From NCBI GenBank assembly GCA_032718475.1, contig JAUCBJ010008198.1, positions 60,151 to 124,150 of the forward strand: a stretch of 64,000 bases of DNA, read 5' to 3'. The DNA is from Nemertoderma westbladi (Eukaryota; Animalia; Xenacoelomorpha). Below, piece after piece: positions 22,154-34,644 of the stretch; position 1 is the stretch's first letter, and each line of letters starts with the position of its first letter. The translations under genes were made by a program, and so were the position numbers. The notes under the pieces are model-generated. The model was not told where the DNA came from. It did no database searches and was given only the letters and a program-made list of their open reading frames with translations.

Positions 22154-23054
22154 AAGTACCAACTTCAATATGACTTCCCCTGGATCCATAATGATCAATA
22201 TGGATCCATAATAAACAAGGTCAAAAGAAGTCCGTCACTATACATGTCACTATACCTGTGTCGGTTAACTTCGAAGTGCTCTGTGACTCTACTCTCTGCT
22301 GCTAATCATTTCATACTTGAGCACATAATCAAGGCCGATGCCATTGCATTTGCTTATTAAATTAAATGCGACAAGCTTCCCTCCTGCCCCTGCCTCTAAT
22401 TATATTAATACATGTTTAATAAATAAATTAATAAAATATATTTATATTTATATTCATAATTTAATTGTACAAAACAAAAAAATCATGTAATTTAGAAATA
22501 CATAGTAAGCTACAAATGTACTGAATGTGTGCACGCAGACCTAAAAATATCTTCTTAAAAATTAAAGTAATTTTATAATATGGAAGGTGATTTATTGAAA
22601 ACCTAATTTGTTTAAGTAGGTAAACTATGTACCTCATTTTAAATAAAATTATAAAAAAAAGTAGTTTTTAAAACAGTTTAACGTATTGTAATCATAATTT
22701 TTTAAATATTCAAAATCAAATGGGGTATTTAATACTTATTGAAATTCTGCTCAATTCTTTTTAATTAATGGAGGGTTTTAACCACCCGACAAACCACCAC
22801 CCTTTGGCTCACAGGTCGTTGTAAGACAGGCATCAATGTAGCCCCAATGGGCGCCTTTCCTCATACCCTATCTAATTGAACTAGTCATTGTACAAGCAGT
22901 GGCTCTATCCAGGTCTTTCCATGTTCAAGGTTCGATGCATCCATAGGTCTGGGTTTTGAGTGTAATCGATTTCCCGGTCTTCAAGGGAGAAAGAAGCTGG
23001 ACTCCATTATGGTTTCATAAGGATCCAGGGGAAGTCATATTGACGTTGGTACTG
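22154..23054. mobile_element. MITE with ~33-bp TIRs (Tc1/mariner-like ends)
   Basis: AGTACCAACTTCAATATGACTTCCCCTGGATCC matches the reverse complement of GGATCCAGGGGAAGTCATATTGACGTTGGTACT (1 mismatch); the right end is followed by TA. Confidence 0.75.
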
Positions 23055-23225
23055 TAGTACATTTTGAAAGTTGCATGTTTATGTGTGAACGTCTCACTAG
23101 GATACAATGTTTGACAGTTGAATGTTGAAAGCTCAGGCGTGACCTTTGCCTATGTGATGTATACGAGACTTCTGCTGATATATTTCACTCTGTAGTTTAC
23201 CCCCGTGTGAAGAATACCAGGTTTT

Positions 23226-26200
23226 TAGTTAATAGACATGGGCACGCGAGTTAGTTAATGAACATGGGCACGCGAGTTAGTTAATGAACATGGGCACGTG
23301 AGTTAGTTAATGGACACGGGCACGCGAGTTAGGTAATGAACATGGGCACGCGAGTTAGTTAATGAACATGGGCACGTGAGTTAGTTGATGGACACGGGCA
23401 CGCGAGTTAGGTAATGAACATGGGCAGGGCACGCGAGTTAGCTAATGAACATGGGCACGCGAGTTAGTTAATGAACATGGGCACGTGAGTTAGTTAATGA
23501 ACATGGGCACGTGAGTTAGTTAATGGACACGGGCACGCGAGTTAGGTAATGAACATGGGCACGCGAGTTAGTTAATGAACATGGGCACGTGAGTTAGTTG
23601 ATGGACACGGGCACGCGAGTTAGGTAATGAACATGGGCAGGGCACGCGAGTTAGCTAATGAACATGGGCACGCGAGTTAGTTAATGAACATGGGCACGTG
23701 AGTTAATTAATGGACATGGGCACGCGAGTTAGTTAATGAACATGGGCAGGGCACGCGAGTTAGTTAATGAACATGGGCACGCGAGTTAGTTAATGAACAT
23801 GGGCACGTGAGTTAGTTAATGGACACGGGCACGCGAGTTAGGTAATGAACATGGGCACGCGAGTTAGTTAATGAACATGGGCACGTGAGTTAGTTGATGG
23901 ACACGGGCACGCGAGTTAGGTAATGAACATGGGCAGGGCACGCGAGTTAGCTAATGAACATGGGCACGCGAGTTAGTTAATGAACATGGGCACGTGAGTT
24001 AATTAATGGACATGGGAACGCGAGTTAGGTAATGAACATGGGCACGTGAGTTAGTTGATGGACACGGGCACGCGAGTTAGGTAATGAACATGGGCAGGGC
24101 ACGCGAGTTAGCTAATGAACATGGGCACGCGAGTTAGTTAATGAACATGGGCACGTGAGTTAGTTAATGGACATGGGGACGCGAGTTAGGTAATGAACAT
24201 GGGCAGGGCACGCGAGTTAGTTAATGAACATGGGCACGTGAGTTAGTTAATGGACACGGGCACGCGAGTTAGGTAATGAACATGGGCACGCGAGTTAGTT
24301 AATGAACATGGGCACGTGAGTTAGTTAATGAACATTGGAACGCGAGTTAGTTAATGAACATGGGCACGTGAGTTAGGTAATGAACATGGTCACGCGAGTT
24401 AGTTAATGAACATGGGAACGTGAGTTAGTTAATGAACATGGGCACGTGAGTTAGGTAATGAACATGGGCAGGGCACGCGAGTTAGTTAATGAACATGGGC
24501 ACGCGAGTTAGTTAATGAACATGGGCACGCGAGTTAGTTAATGAACATGGGCACGTGAGTTAGTTAATGGACACGGGCACGCGAGTTAGGTAATGAACAT
24601 GGGCACGCGAGTTAGTTAATGAACATGGGAACGTGAGTTAGTTAATGAACATGGGCACGTGAGTTAGGTAATGAACATGGGCACGCGAGTTAGTTAATGA
24701 ACATGGGCACGTGAGTTAGTTAATGAACATGGGAACGCGAGTTAGTTAATGAACATGGGCACGTGAGTTAGGTAATGAACATGGTCACGCGAGTTAGTTA
24801 ATGAACATGGGAACGTGAGTTAGTTAATGAACATGGGCACGTGAGTTAGGTAATGAACATGGGCACGCGAGTTAGTTAATGAACATGGGCACGTGAGTTA
24901 GGTAATGAACATGGTCACGCGAGTTAGTTAATGAACATGGGAACGTGAGTTAGTTAATGAACATGGGCACGTGAGTTAGGTAATGAACATGGGCACGCGA
25001 GTTAGTTAATGAACATGGGCACGTGAGTTAGTTAATGAACATGGGCACGTGAGTTAGGTAATGAACATGGTCACGCGAGTTAGTTAATGAACATGGGAAC
25101 GTGAGTTAGTTAATGAACATGGGCAGGGCACGCGAGTTAGGTAATGAACATGGGCACGCGAGTTAGTTAATGAACATGGGCAGGGCACGCGAGTTAGTTA
25201 ATGAACATGGGCACGTGAGTTAGGTAATGAACATGGGCACGTGAGTTAGTTAATGAACATGGGAACGCGAGTTAGTTAATGAACATGGGCACGTGAGTTA
25301 GGTAATGAACATGGTCACGCGAGTTAGTTAATGAACATGGGAACGTGAGTTAGTTAATGAACATGGGCACGTGAGTTAGGTAATGAACATGGGCACGCGA
25401 GTTAGTTAATGAACATGGGCACGTGAGTTAGGTAATGAACATGGTCACGCGAGTTAGTTAATGAACATGGGAACGTGAGTTAGTTAATGAACATGGGCAC
25501 GTGAGTTAGGTAATGAACATGGGCACGCGAGTTAGTTAATGAACATGGGCACGTGAGTTAGTTAATGGACATGGGCACGCGAGTTAGGTAATGAACATGG
25601 GCAGGGCACGCGAGTTAGGTAATGAACATGGGCAGGGCACGCGAGTTAGTTAATGAACATGGGCAGGGCACGCGAGTTAGTTAATGAACATGGGCACGTG
25701 AGTTAGGTAATGAACATGGGCACGTGAGTTAGTTAATGAACATGGGAACGCGAGTTAGTTAATGAACATGGGCACGTGAGTTAGGTAATGAACATGGGAA
25801 CGTGAGTTAGTTAATGAACATGGGCACGTGAGTTAGGTAATGAACATGGGCACGCGAGTTAGTTAATGAACATGGGCACGTGAGTTAGGTAATGAACATG
25901 GTCACGCGAGTTAGTTAATGAACATGGGAACGTGAGTTAGTTAATGAACATGGGCACGTGAGTTAGGTAATGAACATGGGCACGCGAGTTAGTTAATGAA
26001 CATGGGCACGTGAGTTAGTTAATGGACATGGGCACGCGAGTTAGTTAATGGAAATGGGCACGCGAGTTAGTTAATGAACATGAGCACGCGAGTTAGTTAA
26101 TGAACATGGGCACGCGAGTTAGTTAATGAACATGGGCACGTGAGTTAGTTATGGACACGGGCACGCGAGTTAAGTAATGAACATGGGCACGTGAGTTAGT

Positions 26201-27660
26201 TAATGGACACGGGCACGCGAGTTAGGTAATGAACATGGGCAGGGCACGTGAGTTAGGTAATGAACATGGGCACGCGAGTTAGTAAATGAACATGGGCACG
26301 TGAGTTAGGTAATGAACATGGGCACGCGAGTTAGTTAATGAACATGGGCACGTGAGTTAGTTATGGACACGGGCACGCGAGTTAAGTAATGAACATGGGC
26401 ACGTGAGTTAGTTAATGGACACGGGCACGCGAGTTAGGTAATGAACATGGGCAGGGCACGTGAGTTAGGTAATGAACATGGGCACGCGAGTTAGTAAATG
26501 AACATGGGCACGTGAGTTAGTTAATGGACACGGGCACGCGAGTTAAGTAATGAACATGGGCACGTGAGTTAGTTAATGGACACGGGCACGCGAGTTAGGT
26601 AATGAACATGGGCAGGGCACGTGAGTAAGGTAATGAACATGGGCACGCGAGTTAGTTAATGAACATGGGCACGTGAGTTAGTTAATGAACATGGGCACGT
26701 GAGTTAGGTAATGAACATGGGCACGCGAGTTAGTTAATGAACATGGGCACGTGAGTTAGTTAATGGACATGGGCACGTGAGTTAGTTAATGGACATGGGC
26801 ACGCGAGTTTGTTAATGAACATGGGCACGCGAGTTATTTAATGGACATGGGCACGTGAGTTAGGTAATGAACATGGGGACGCGAGTTAGTATGTGTTGGC
26901 AGATATTGAAGGATCGAACCTTAAAATCGTGAAACTTTCAATGGATTCAGGCAAAATTAGGACGTCCAAATTTAGTTAATGAACATGGGCACGTGACTTA
27001 GTTAATGGACATGGGCACGCGAGTTAGTTAATGAACATGGGCACGCGAGTTAGTAAATGAACATGGGCACGTGAGTTAGGTAATGAACATGGGCACGCGA
27101 GTTAGTTAATGAACATGGGCACGTGAGTTAGTTATGGACACGGGCACGCGAGTTAAGTAATGAACATGGGCACGTGAGTTAGTTAATGGACACGGGCACG
27201 CGAGTTAGGTAATGAACATGGGCAGGGCACGTGAGTTAGGTAATGAACATGGGCACGCGAGTTAGTAAATGAACATGGGCACGTGAGTTAGTTAATGGAC
27301 ACGGGCACGCGAGTTAAGTAATGAACATGGGCACGTGAGTTAGTTAATGGACACGGGCACGCGAGTTAGGTAATGAACATGGGCAGGGCACGTGAGTTAG
27401 GTAATGAACATGGGCACGCGAGTTAGTTAATGAACATGGGCACGTGAGTTAGTTAATGAACATGGACACGTGAGTTAGGTAATGAACATGGGCACGCGAG
27501 TTAGTTAATGAACATGGGCACGTGAGTTAGTTAATGGACATGGGCACGTGAGTTAGTTAATGGACATGGGCACGCGAGTTTGTTAATGAACATGGGCACG
27601 CGAGTTATTTAATGGACATGGGCACGTGAGTTAGGTAATGAACATGGGGACGCGAGTTAG
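23226..27660. repeat. 26-bp satellite (~165 units) with a 771-bp terminal duplication
   Basis: Unit GTTAATGAACATGGGCACG(C/T)GAGTTA, with 30-bp GGGCA-duplicated variants. A unique 84-bp flank occurs at both 26890 and 27661. Confidence 0.95.
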
Positions 27661-28398
27661 TATGTGTTGGCAGATATTGAAGGATCGAACCTTAAAATCG
27701 TGAAACTTTCAATGGATTCAGGCAAAATTAGGACGTCCAAATTTTCGTTTTTTTAACGATATAATATAATAATAATTAATTAATTTATCGCTGTAACAAA
27801 CGGGTTACCATACCAGCTTGCAGATTCGCAATACCATGCAGTTAGAGTCTAGAGTAGGGTACATTACTTGGTCATTATATTGGTTGGGGTTGGGGGTAGA
27901 CCTTCTTCATTATTTCACAAATTCAAATAGGTGAAGATGAAGTGATGACCATATTCTGGCAAAATTAGTATTTATTTGAAATACGGAAAATAGTACAATA
28001 ACTACCTTGCCCACAGCGATATCATGTTCTATAATGTGCCGCATGCCCACCAATACCCATACTTGCAATTACATAACTTATGTCGAACTAAATACTATTT
28101 GTGCTCCTATTCCCTGTGTTTATTTGCTGTAATAATAATAATATATAATTTAACCTATGTATATAACGCTGCATCGTTGCGATATATTTAACTAATATAT
28201 ATATTTTTTACCTCGCTGGAGGTCTATAGAAAAAAAATAATAATAATCTTATTATAAAAATGGTAATTAAATTTTTGTAAATTTTTAATGTATAATAAAT
28301 TTAATAACATAAATAGTAGACATGTATTCAATTAAATACCGCAATAAATAATTAAATTAAACATTAATAAAATTTAAACAAACTAAAATTATATTCTC

Positions 28399-30891
28399 CT
28401 AGTACACAGTGAATGGCGGAAAATCCATTTCATAGAGAGCTAAGGAGCCGCCCCCAGTTTTCTGTGGCGCCCCAGCTACTGGGGGACAGGGTTGGGCAAT
28501 CAGCTCCAGTGTGTGGCCTATATAGTCCTGCCAAGAAGCTTCTTTAATCTGGCAACGAGCCGCGATCTCCGCTAGCGGAGTAGTCCGACAGTAACGAACG
28601 ACCCGCTCTCGCTCCACATCTTCCAACTCATCCTTGTCGAGTTCCAACTGCAGAGACTTCTTTAACGTCTCAAAGGTGATTGGTTCCCCGTCCCCGGGGA
28701 ACTTCCTCGATCCAAAGGGAGTCGAAGCGGCCGAGTCGATCTCGATAGATATAGCGGAAACGTCGAGGGAATGGCGACGCAGTGCAGGGTCGCTAAACGA
28801 ACTCGGATGGAAGGGCGCGCGGAGTTTGGCTACGTCGAGGTTGCTCGCATCCATCGCGTCGCGGATCGCGTCCAGATCCAACAGGAACTCAGGACGAACC
28901 GGGGTGCCGCCGGCCGGGGGGTTCGCGACGCCAGACAGACCCTCCAGCGCCTCTAGCGGCATCAGATAGCGCGCGTTTGCCTCCCTCCGCAGCAGAACGG
29001 CCCGCACCACGCGGTGAAACTGAGTCGTCTCGTTGCTAAGCTGCGAAACGAAGTCGACAAACGCGAGGATGAGAGCGTGCAGGACGAAGCAGTGGGAACG
29101 CGGGAGGTTGCATTCGGGAGCCTCCGAGTCCGCCTGGATACGGAATGTTAGTCGGATTAGGTCGGTTAGAAAGCTGTCGTTGTCCCCGAGTTCAATAGAG
29201 AGTAGACAGAGGGCCGTGTAGATCGCGTTGTAATGTTCCGCACCGTTGGTTGGCTGCATACAGGCGCCGTACAGATGACTCAGTATCGTCTGACCGTTCT
29301 TCCGTAGGAAGATGGCGTCCTGCTTCGACGTCTCTCCCACGCGATCTCGTTTGAGTCGGAGGTCGGAGAGTCGCTCGTAGGTCGTCATGACGGCGAGTTT
29401 CTCCGCGTTCCCGTGGCGGTCCAGCAGCGTGTGGAGGATGTGGAGCGCGAGGGAGCGGATCTCCGCGACCGGGGTCAGGAAGAGTTTGAGGAAGGGCTGC
29501 AGGAAGGAGGAGGGAAAGGTTGTGGTCATAGCGACGGTCTGGTAATGACTCCCGATCCTTAGTAGTGTCCGTAGGAGGGTCGGGAGGTAGGAGGAGTTCT
29601 CGTCGGGTTCCGGGAGTCGGGAAATAACGAACTGCATCACGTCGATCTTCTGGAAGTCCGGGAGTCGCTTCGAGAAGTCGCCGATGACCCGGATCAGGTT
29701 GTCGATGTAACCGGATTCCGCTTCGACGTGCCGTTGCCGCCCCGTAGTCGCCACTCCTTCCTTGGCCGCGTTGAGGACGTCGCAACTGAAGCGGACCTGC
29801 CGAATCAACTCGTTGAATATCTCGAGGACGGAAGGGCCGACGCTGCCGCTGGGGTTCACTCGAACCGCCTCGTCGAATACGTCGACGATGCCGCTACGGA
29901 GGGCCGGTTCGTCATCCTTGTGGACGTCGAGATGCGAGATGAGCGACTTGAAGGCGTAGTTACTGTACTGGTTGTGGTAGGAGAACACGACGATCTTGAA
30001 CAGGGCCTTCGGGAAAGCGATCCGTTGGGGGGACCACAGGCGGCTGTGGTCGAGGTGCCGCAGGGTCGGGTTCAGGATGTTGTTCACGTTGTTGAATCCG
30101 GCCTTGGAGAGCAGGTCGCAGAAACAGGAGTCCGCGAGCTCAGCCGGTTCTTCCGAGTCGATCGCGCGGGTCTGTCGCTCCGCGATGTGACGCTCGTGTT
30201 CCCCCGGCTTCCCGGGGGCGTCGACCACGTCGCCGGTGATCCCGGTGGCTGCGTAGACCGCGTCCTGCTGCATGTTGTAGAGCAGCGACGGGACTATCAT
30301 GTCCATGTGGACCGCGGCCCAGATGTTGGCCTGGAGTTCGTCGGTCACGGTTTTCCGGACGACCCCCTGCAGGCCCTTGATCCCGGCCACTCGGACCTGT
30401 TTACGGATGTCCCCGTCGCCCTTGTCGCTACCGGTATCAGTGTGACACATCGCGCTAAACTTCTGGATGAAGAAGTCGTACTCCCGATGGTAAGAGGGAT
30501 TGTCCTCGTCGATGTTGGCAAATTTTGCGAACGATTGACTTCCGAGGATCTGCAGTTGGAATTTATCGGATTCTAAAAGTTCCGTTATCATTTTTAAGAA
30601 ACTCTCTACGAAAAGATTCAAACTTTGCGACGGAGAGGAAACCAGAAGAGAGTCGACAGCTTCCATGGTAATAGCAACGTAACCAATCTTCCCTTTCTTG
30701 ATGTAGTAGGACAATCTCTTGAACAAATAACTCCCGATGTGATAGAGTTTCTCTGGCTTCGATATGGAGTAGAACGTGAGTTTATCCATGTTGGATTTAA
30801 TGAGACTTCCGGCTTGGGAGTTCACCGGGAATATGTTGTCTACGAGACGACGCCATCGTGGCTTACACGAGGAACAACATCCCGTTGGCAT
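28399..30891 (-). CDS. EFR3: EFR3 homologue (plasma-membrane scaffold of the PI4KIIIalpha complex), single exon, 830 aa
   Basis: N-terminal Cys cluster plus KPRWRRLVDNIFP, MDKLTFYS..PEKL, FANIDEDNPSYHR, GLQGVVRKTVTDELQ, IVPSLLYNMQ, PITFETLK and C-terminal YEMDFPPFTVY. Confidence 0.95.
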   Translation of the reverse strand: MPTGCCSSCKPRWRRLVDNIFPVNSQAGSLIKSNMDKLTFYSISKPEKLYHIGSYLFKRLSYYIKKGKIGYVAITMEAVDSLLVSSPSQSLNLFVESFLKMITELLESDKFQLQILGSQSFAKFANIDEDNPSYHREYDFFIQKFSAMCHTDTGSDKGDGDIRKQVRVAGIKGLQGVVRKTVTDELQANIWAAVHMDMIVPSLLYNMQQDAVYAATGITGDVVDAPGKPGEHERHIAERQTRAIDSEEPAELADSCFCDLLSKAGFNNVNNILNPTLRHLDHSRLWSPQRIAFPKALFKIVVFSYHNQYSNYAFKSLISHLDVHKDDEPALRSGIVDVFDEAVRVNPSGSVGPSVLEIFNELIRQVRFSCDVLNAAKEGVATTGRQRHVEAESGYIDNLIRVIGDFSKRLPDFQKIDVMQFVISRLPEPDENSSYLPTLLRTLLRIGSHYQTVAMTTTFPSSFLQPFLKLFLTPVAEIRSLALHILHTLLDRHGNAEKLAVMTTYERLSDLRLKRDRVGETSKQDAIFLRKNGQTILSHLYGACMQPTNGAEHYNAIYTALCLLSIELGDNDSFLTDLIRLTFRIQADSEAPECNLPRSHCFVLHALILAFVDFVSQLSNETTQFHRVVRAVLLRREANARYLMPLEALEGLSGVANPPAGGTPVRPEFLLDLDAIRDAMDASNLDVAKLRAPFHPSSFSDPALRRHSLDVSAISIEIDSAASTPFGSRKFPGDGEPITFETLKKSLQLELDKDELEDVERERVVRYCRTTPLAEIAARCQIKEASWQDYIGHTLELIAQPCPPVAGAPQKTGGGSLALYEMDFPPFTVY

Positions 30892-31689
30892 GGTGGAGGA
30901 TCTACCCTCAGCAGCTCAGTGTATCTGTATATAGGTCTATAGAGTTCAGAGTTATACAGGTATAAGCTACAGCGCTACAGGTAGACAGACCTACGCAGTT
31001 AAAAACAAGGTAAATAAATAGGCTACCGGTAGGCCTAAAAGATAGATAGATTTATTTATACAATGCATGTAAAAAACAATAATAAATACACCAAACATCG
31101 TACATTATTCACCGGTTATAACAACAGGAAAACTAACAAAACAACCGGTCAATAATCTGATAATTGCGTTGTTGTACACTTTTACCGGACAAAACAACAC
31201 AACGCGATAAGATAATTTAGTACCACTGAAGTAATTTCAGATTAACTACTATGTAATGTGTCCCTCTAGCGGCGAGTGGCGGAATTAAATATAACACCCT
31301 AGATACTACTAGTCCCGTAATATTTATCCAATTTTTTTTAAACCAACTTTGAACTCAGCACCATCGAATATACAAAAATTATCAAGGCGATTTTTAAAAT
31401 TAAATTATTTTTTTATCTAAATTAATTAATTAAAATTAATAAACTTAATTAAAATTTTCAATAATATTAAAAAAAAATTGTCATTACAATGTAGGCATAA
31501 ACTGAAACTCGTTGAGAACCAAAGTAGACTAGACTGCAAGACAGATAGATGCTGAGTGCTGAGATGACTGCATGGGTAGGCCTATATGACTTGTCAGGAT
31601 GTGTGTAGTGGGGTAGTACTGTTGTAGTAGGCCTACTGCTACAGGCAGGCACAGCAATGTAGTAGTAGTTTTCTCTGCAATAGATATAT

Positions 31690-32701
31690 TTTTACCGAAC
31701 TTACATTTCATGATACTATTTTAGAATCAGAAACCGACGATTCATTTCTCACATCGCCTCTGCAAACTCCAAGTGATGCTGAGAGTGAAACTTTAAAATT
31801 TTTTGAGAAAAAAGGTCTGCATGTTTTGCATTTAAACGCACGATATCTGCTTCCCAAACTTTCCGAAATTCGTATTTTAATCAATAAATCCAACCCAGCA
31901 GTTTTAACAATCTCTGAAACTTGGCTCGATGATAGCGTTTCTGATGGAGAAATTTATATTGATAATTACGTAGTTTTACGTAAGGATAGGGACAGACACG
32001 GTGGTGGTGTCTGTACTTACATTCGATGTGACTTAGCTTTTAATCGTAGGGAAGATTTAGAGACTTGTGACAAAGTTTTACTGGTGGAACTTTTACTTCC
32101 TAAAACTAAACCTATTTTAATCGGTACTTTATATCGGCCCCCTAAACAATCAGATTTTTTGCAAAATTTTGAAAATACAATTTTATGTAATCTTAGGTCA
32201 GACTGTGAAATATATTTCTTAAGTGATTTTAATATCTGTTACCATCACAAAGCATCCCCCATCTGTAAACAGTACCAAAGTATTTTAAATTTGTTTGGTT
32301 TAAAACAAATTATTCGGGATTCTACCAGAATTGCCAGTAAAACTTCTACTTTACATCCTTTGTAATAATACCGATATTATTTTTCAATCTGGGGTTTTAC
32401 CTATAGGTCTAAGCGATCCAGATAGGGGGGGGACTGGACGCAATAAACATTAATCCCTCTCCAGGGGAAATTCGACGGAAATAACAGCTGATTATTCTCA
32501 AAAATAAAAGTGTAACCTGTTCGATTGTGCTTAGTTTATTGTTTTGGTTAAAATAACGTGCCACTGTAACCTGCTCCTTTCCCTAAATTGAGAATTTAAC
32601 CTTGAGGCGGGATATTAATTCGTCAAGGCGGGTCTTGCGTCCTAAATTGAGAATTTAACATTGAGGTGGGATATTAATTCGCCAAGGCAGGTCTTGCGTC
32701 C

Positions 32702-32732
<31 letters not shown>

Positions 32733-34640
32733 TGTCTCAAGCGATCATTTTATAGTTTTTTTGCAAAAGAAAGACACAAAAATCTTTTTTCGGGGATCAT
32801 AAAATAGTAACAGTTAGGTCTATGAAAATTACAGCAAGGAACGCTTTTTAAGTTTGTTAGTTAATTCTGACTGGGAACCCTGTTTTAAGGCCGCTGACAT
32901 TAACCTTACGTACACAGTTTCTAAAGGCACTTAATTCTTAATTCTTAATTCTGTAGCACCAATTAAAGAAATTAGTCTTAAACAACGCACTGAGCCCTGG
33001 ATGACCTCGGGTATTCTTAGTAATATCAGAAAGAGATAACTATTTGTATAAATTTAGGAAATACCGTGTTTTAGCTGATTATAATAATTACTGCAAATAT
33101 AGAAACCTTGTCCAACGGGAAATAAAAAAAGCTAAATCTGAATATTTGTACAACAAAATAAGTGAGAATAAAGATAATCCTAAAAGTCTATGGTCTACCC
33201 TAAAATCTTTAGGTTATAAAAACCTTAAATCTAAATCGAATATTGTTCTGCAAGATAACGGTGAGCTGATTCATGATCATACTCTAGTTAGTAATTTATT
33301 TAATAATTATTTTACTAATGTTGCCTCTAATTTAGTTAAGAAGTTACCGTTATCAAGTAATAAATATAGTATAGGGTCCGAAACTCTAAATAATTTTTAT
33401 TTAGAAATGTTCCAAAATTCAGAAAAGTTATTTTTAAAACCCGTTTCTGAGGATTTCGTTTTTCAAAATCTACTTAGCCTATCAGCCTCAAAAAGTACCG
33501 GTCTAGACCTAATACCTGCCCGTTTTCTTAAGGATGGTGCTGAAGTACTTAAAGCGCCTATTACTTTTATTATTAATTACTCTATCGTAGATAATGTAGT
33601 ACCAGACGAACTGAAATTAGCTAAGGTTGTTCCTCTGTATAAAAAGAATAGTAAAGTAGAACCCTGTAATTAGAGACCTGTTAGTATCTTAAGTATTGTA
33701 TCTAAAATTCTAGAACGTTCTGTTTTTCTACACTTTCGTAAATCATATTCTACAGACACCTGCCTAATTAACTTAACTGATACAATTAGATGTAATAACG
33801 CAAAGGGTTTATATACTGGTATGGTAATGTTGGACCTACAAAAGGCTTTCGATACTGTAGATCATGAAATTATGCTTGGTAAGTTAGGCATGATGGGTGT
33901 AGGTTATATAGACTGGTTCAAGTCCTACCTGTCAGACAGAGGTCAAACTGTAGTCATTAGCAAATCGCAGTCTACTGTACAAGAGATCACCTGTGGTGTA
34001 CCGCAAGGTAGTATATTAGGTCCTCTGCTTTTTGTATGCTATGTAAATGATATGATAAGTAGTATAGATCCCGATTTTAAACTCATTTTATATGCCGACG
34101 ACAGTGCTCTTATTTTCTCTCATAAAGATCCTATCCATATTTCCCAAAAGTTAAGTGCAGTTCTAGAATCCTGTAATGAGTGGTTGGTTGATAATAAGCT
34201 ATCCATTCACTACGGTAAGACTGAAAGTATTTTGTTTGGTTCCAAAAGAAAGTTAAAGAAGGTAACTAAGTTTGAAGTCACTAGTAATGGACATAAGATT
34301 GAAAATAAAAAGGAAGTTAAATATTTAGGCGCCACATTGGATAACTGCTTATCAGGAGAAAGTACAGTGAAAAATATTTTCTCGAAAGTTAACAGTAGGC
34401 TTAGGTTTCTATACAGAAATAAAAATAGTTTAAACACCGACTCCCGCAAGTTACTTTGCTCTTCTTTAATACAGTGTCACATGGACTATGCGTGCTCTTC
34501 TTGGTATGAAGGCTTAACCAAACAGCTTAAATGTAAATTACAAGTAGCTCAGAATAAAGTAGTATGATTTATTAAAGACTACACAAACCTAGGCACCACC
34601 TAACTCCAGATGACTTTTCTGAATCTATCGGATTCGGCTA
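31690..34640 (+). pseudogene. Decayed CR1-clade LINE ORF2 (endonuclease plus RT)
   Basis: HLNAR, ISETWL, RKDRDRHGGGV, YRPP, SDFN, SDH; [35 protein letters not shown]. Broken by stops (33671, 34565), frameshifts, a deletion near 33730 and a MITE. Boundaries are approximate. Confidence 0.92.
32419..32738. mobile_element. hAT-like MITE inserted in the CR1 endonuclease SDH motif
   Basis: 8-bp TSD AAGCGATC (32411-32418, 32739-32746); TIR CAGATAG(G)nACTGGACGCAA versus reverse complement GAGACAG(G)nACTGGACGCAA. Confidence 0.8.
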
Positions 34641-34644
34641 TTGG

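Noticed and set aside
28634-30942. Overlapping ORFs within EFR3
   Set aside because: Alternate-frame and antisense shadows of a GC-rich CDS.
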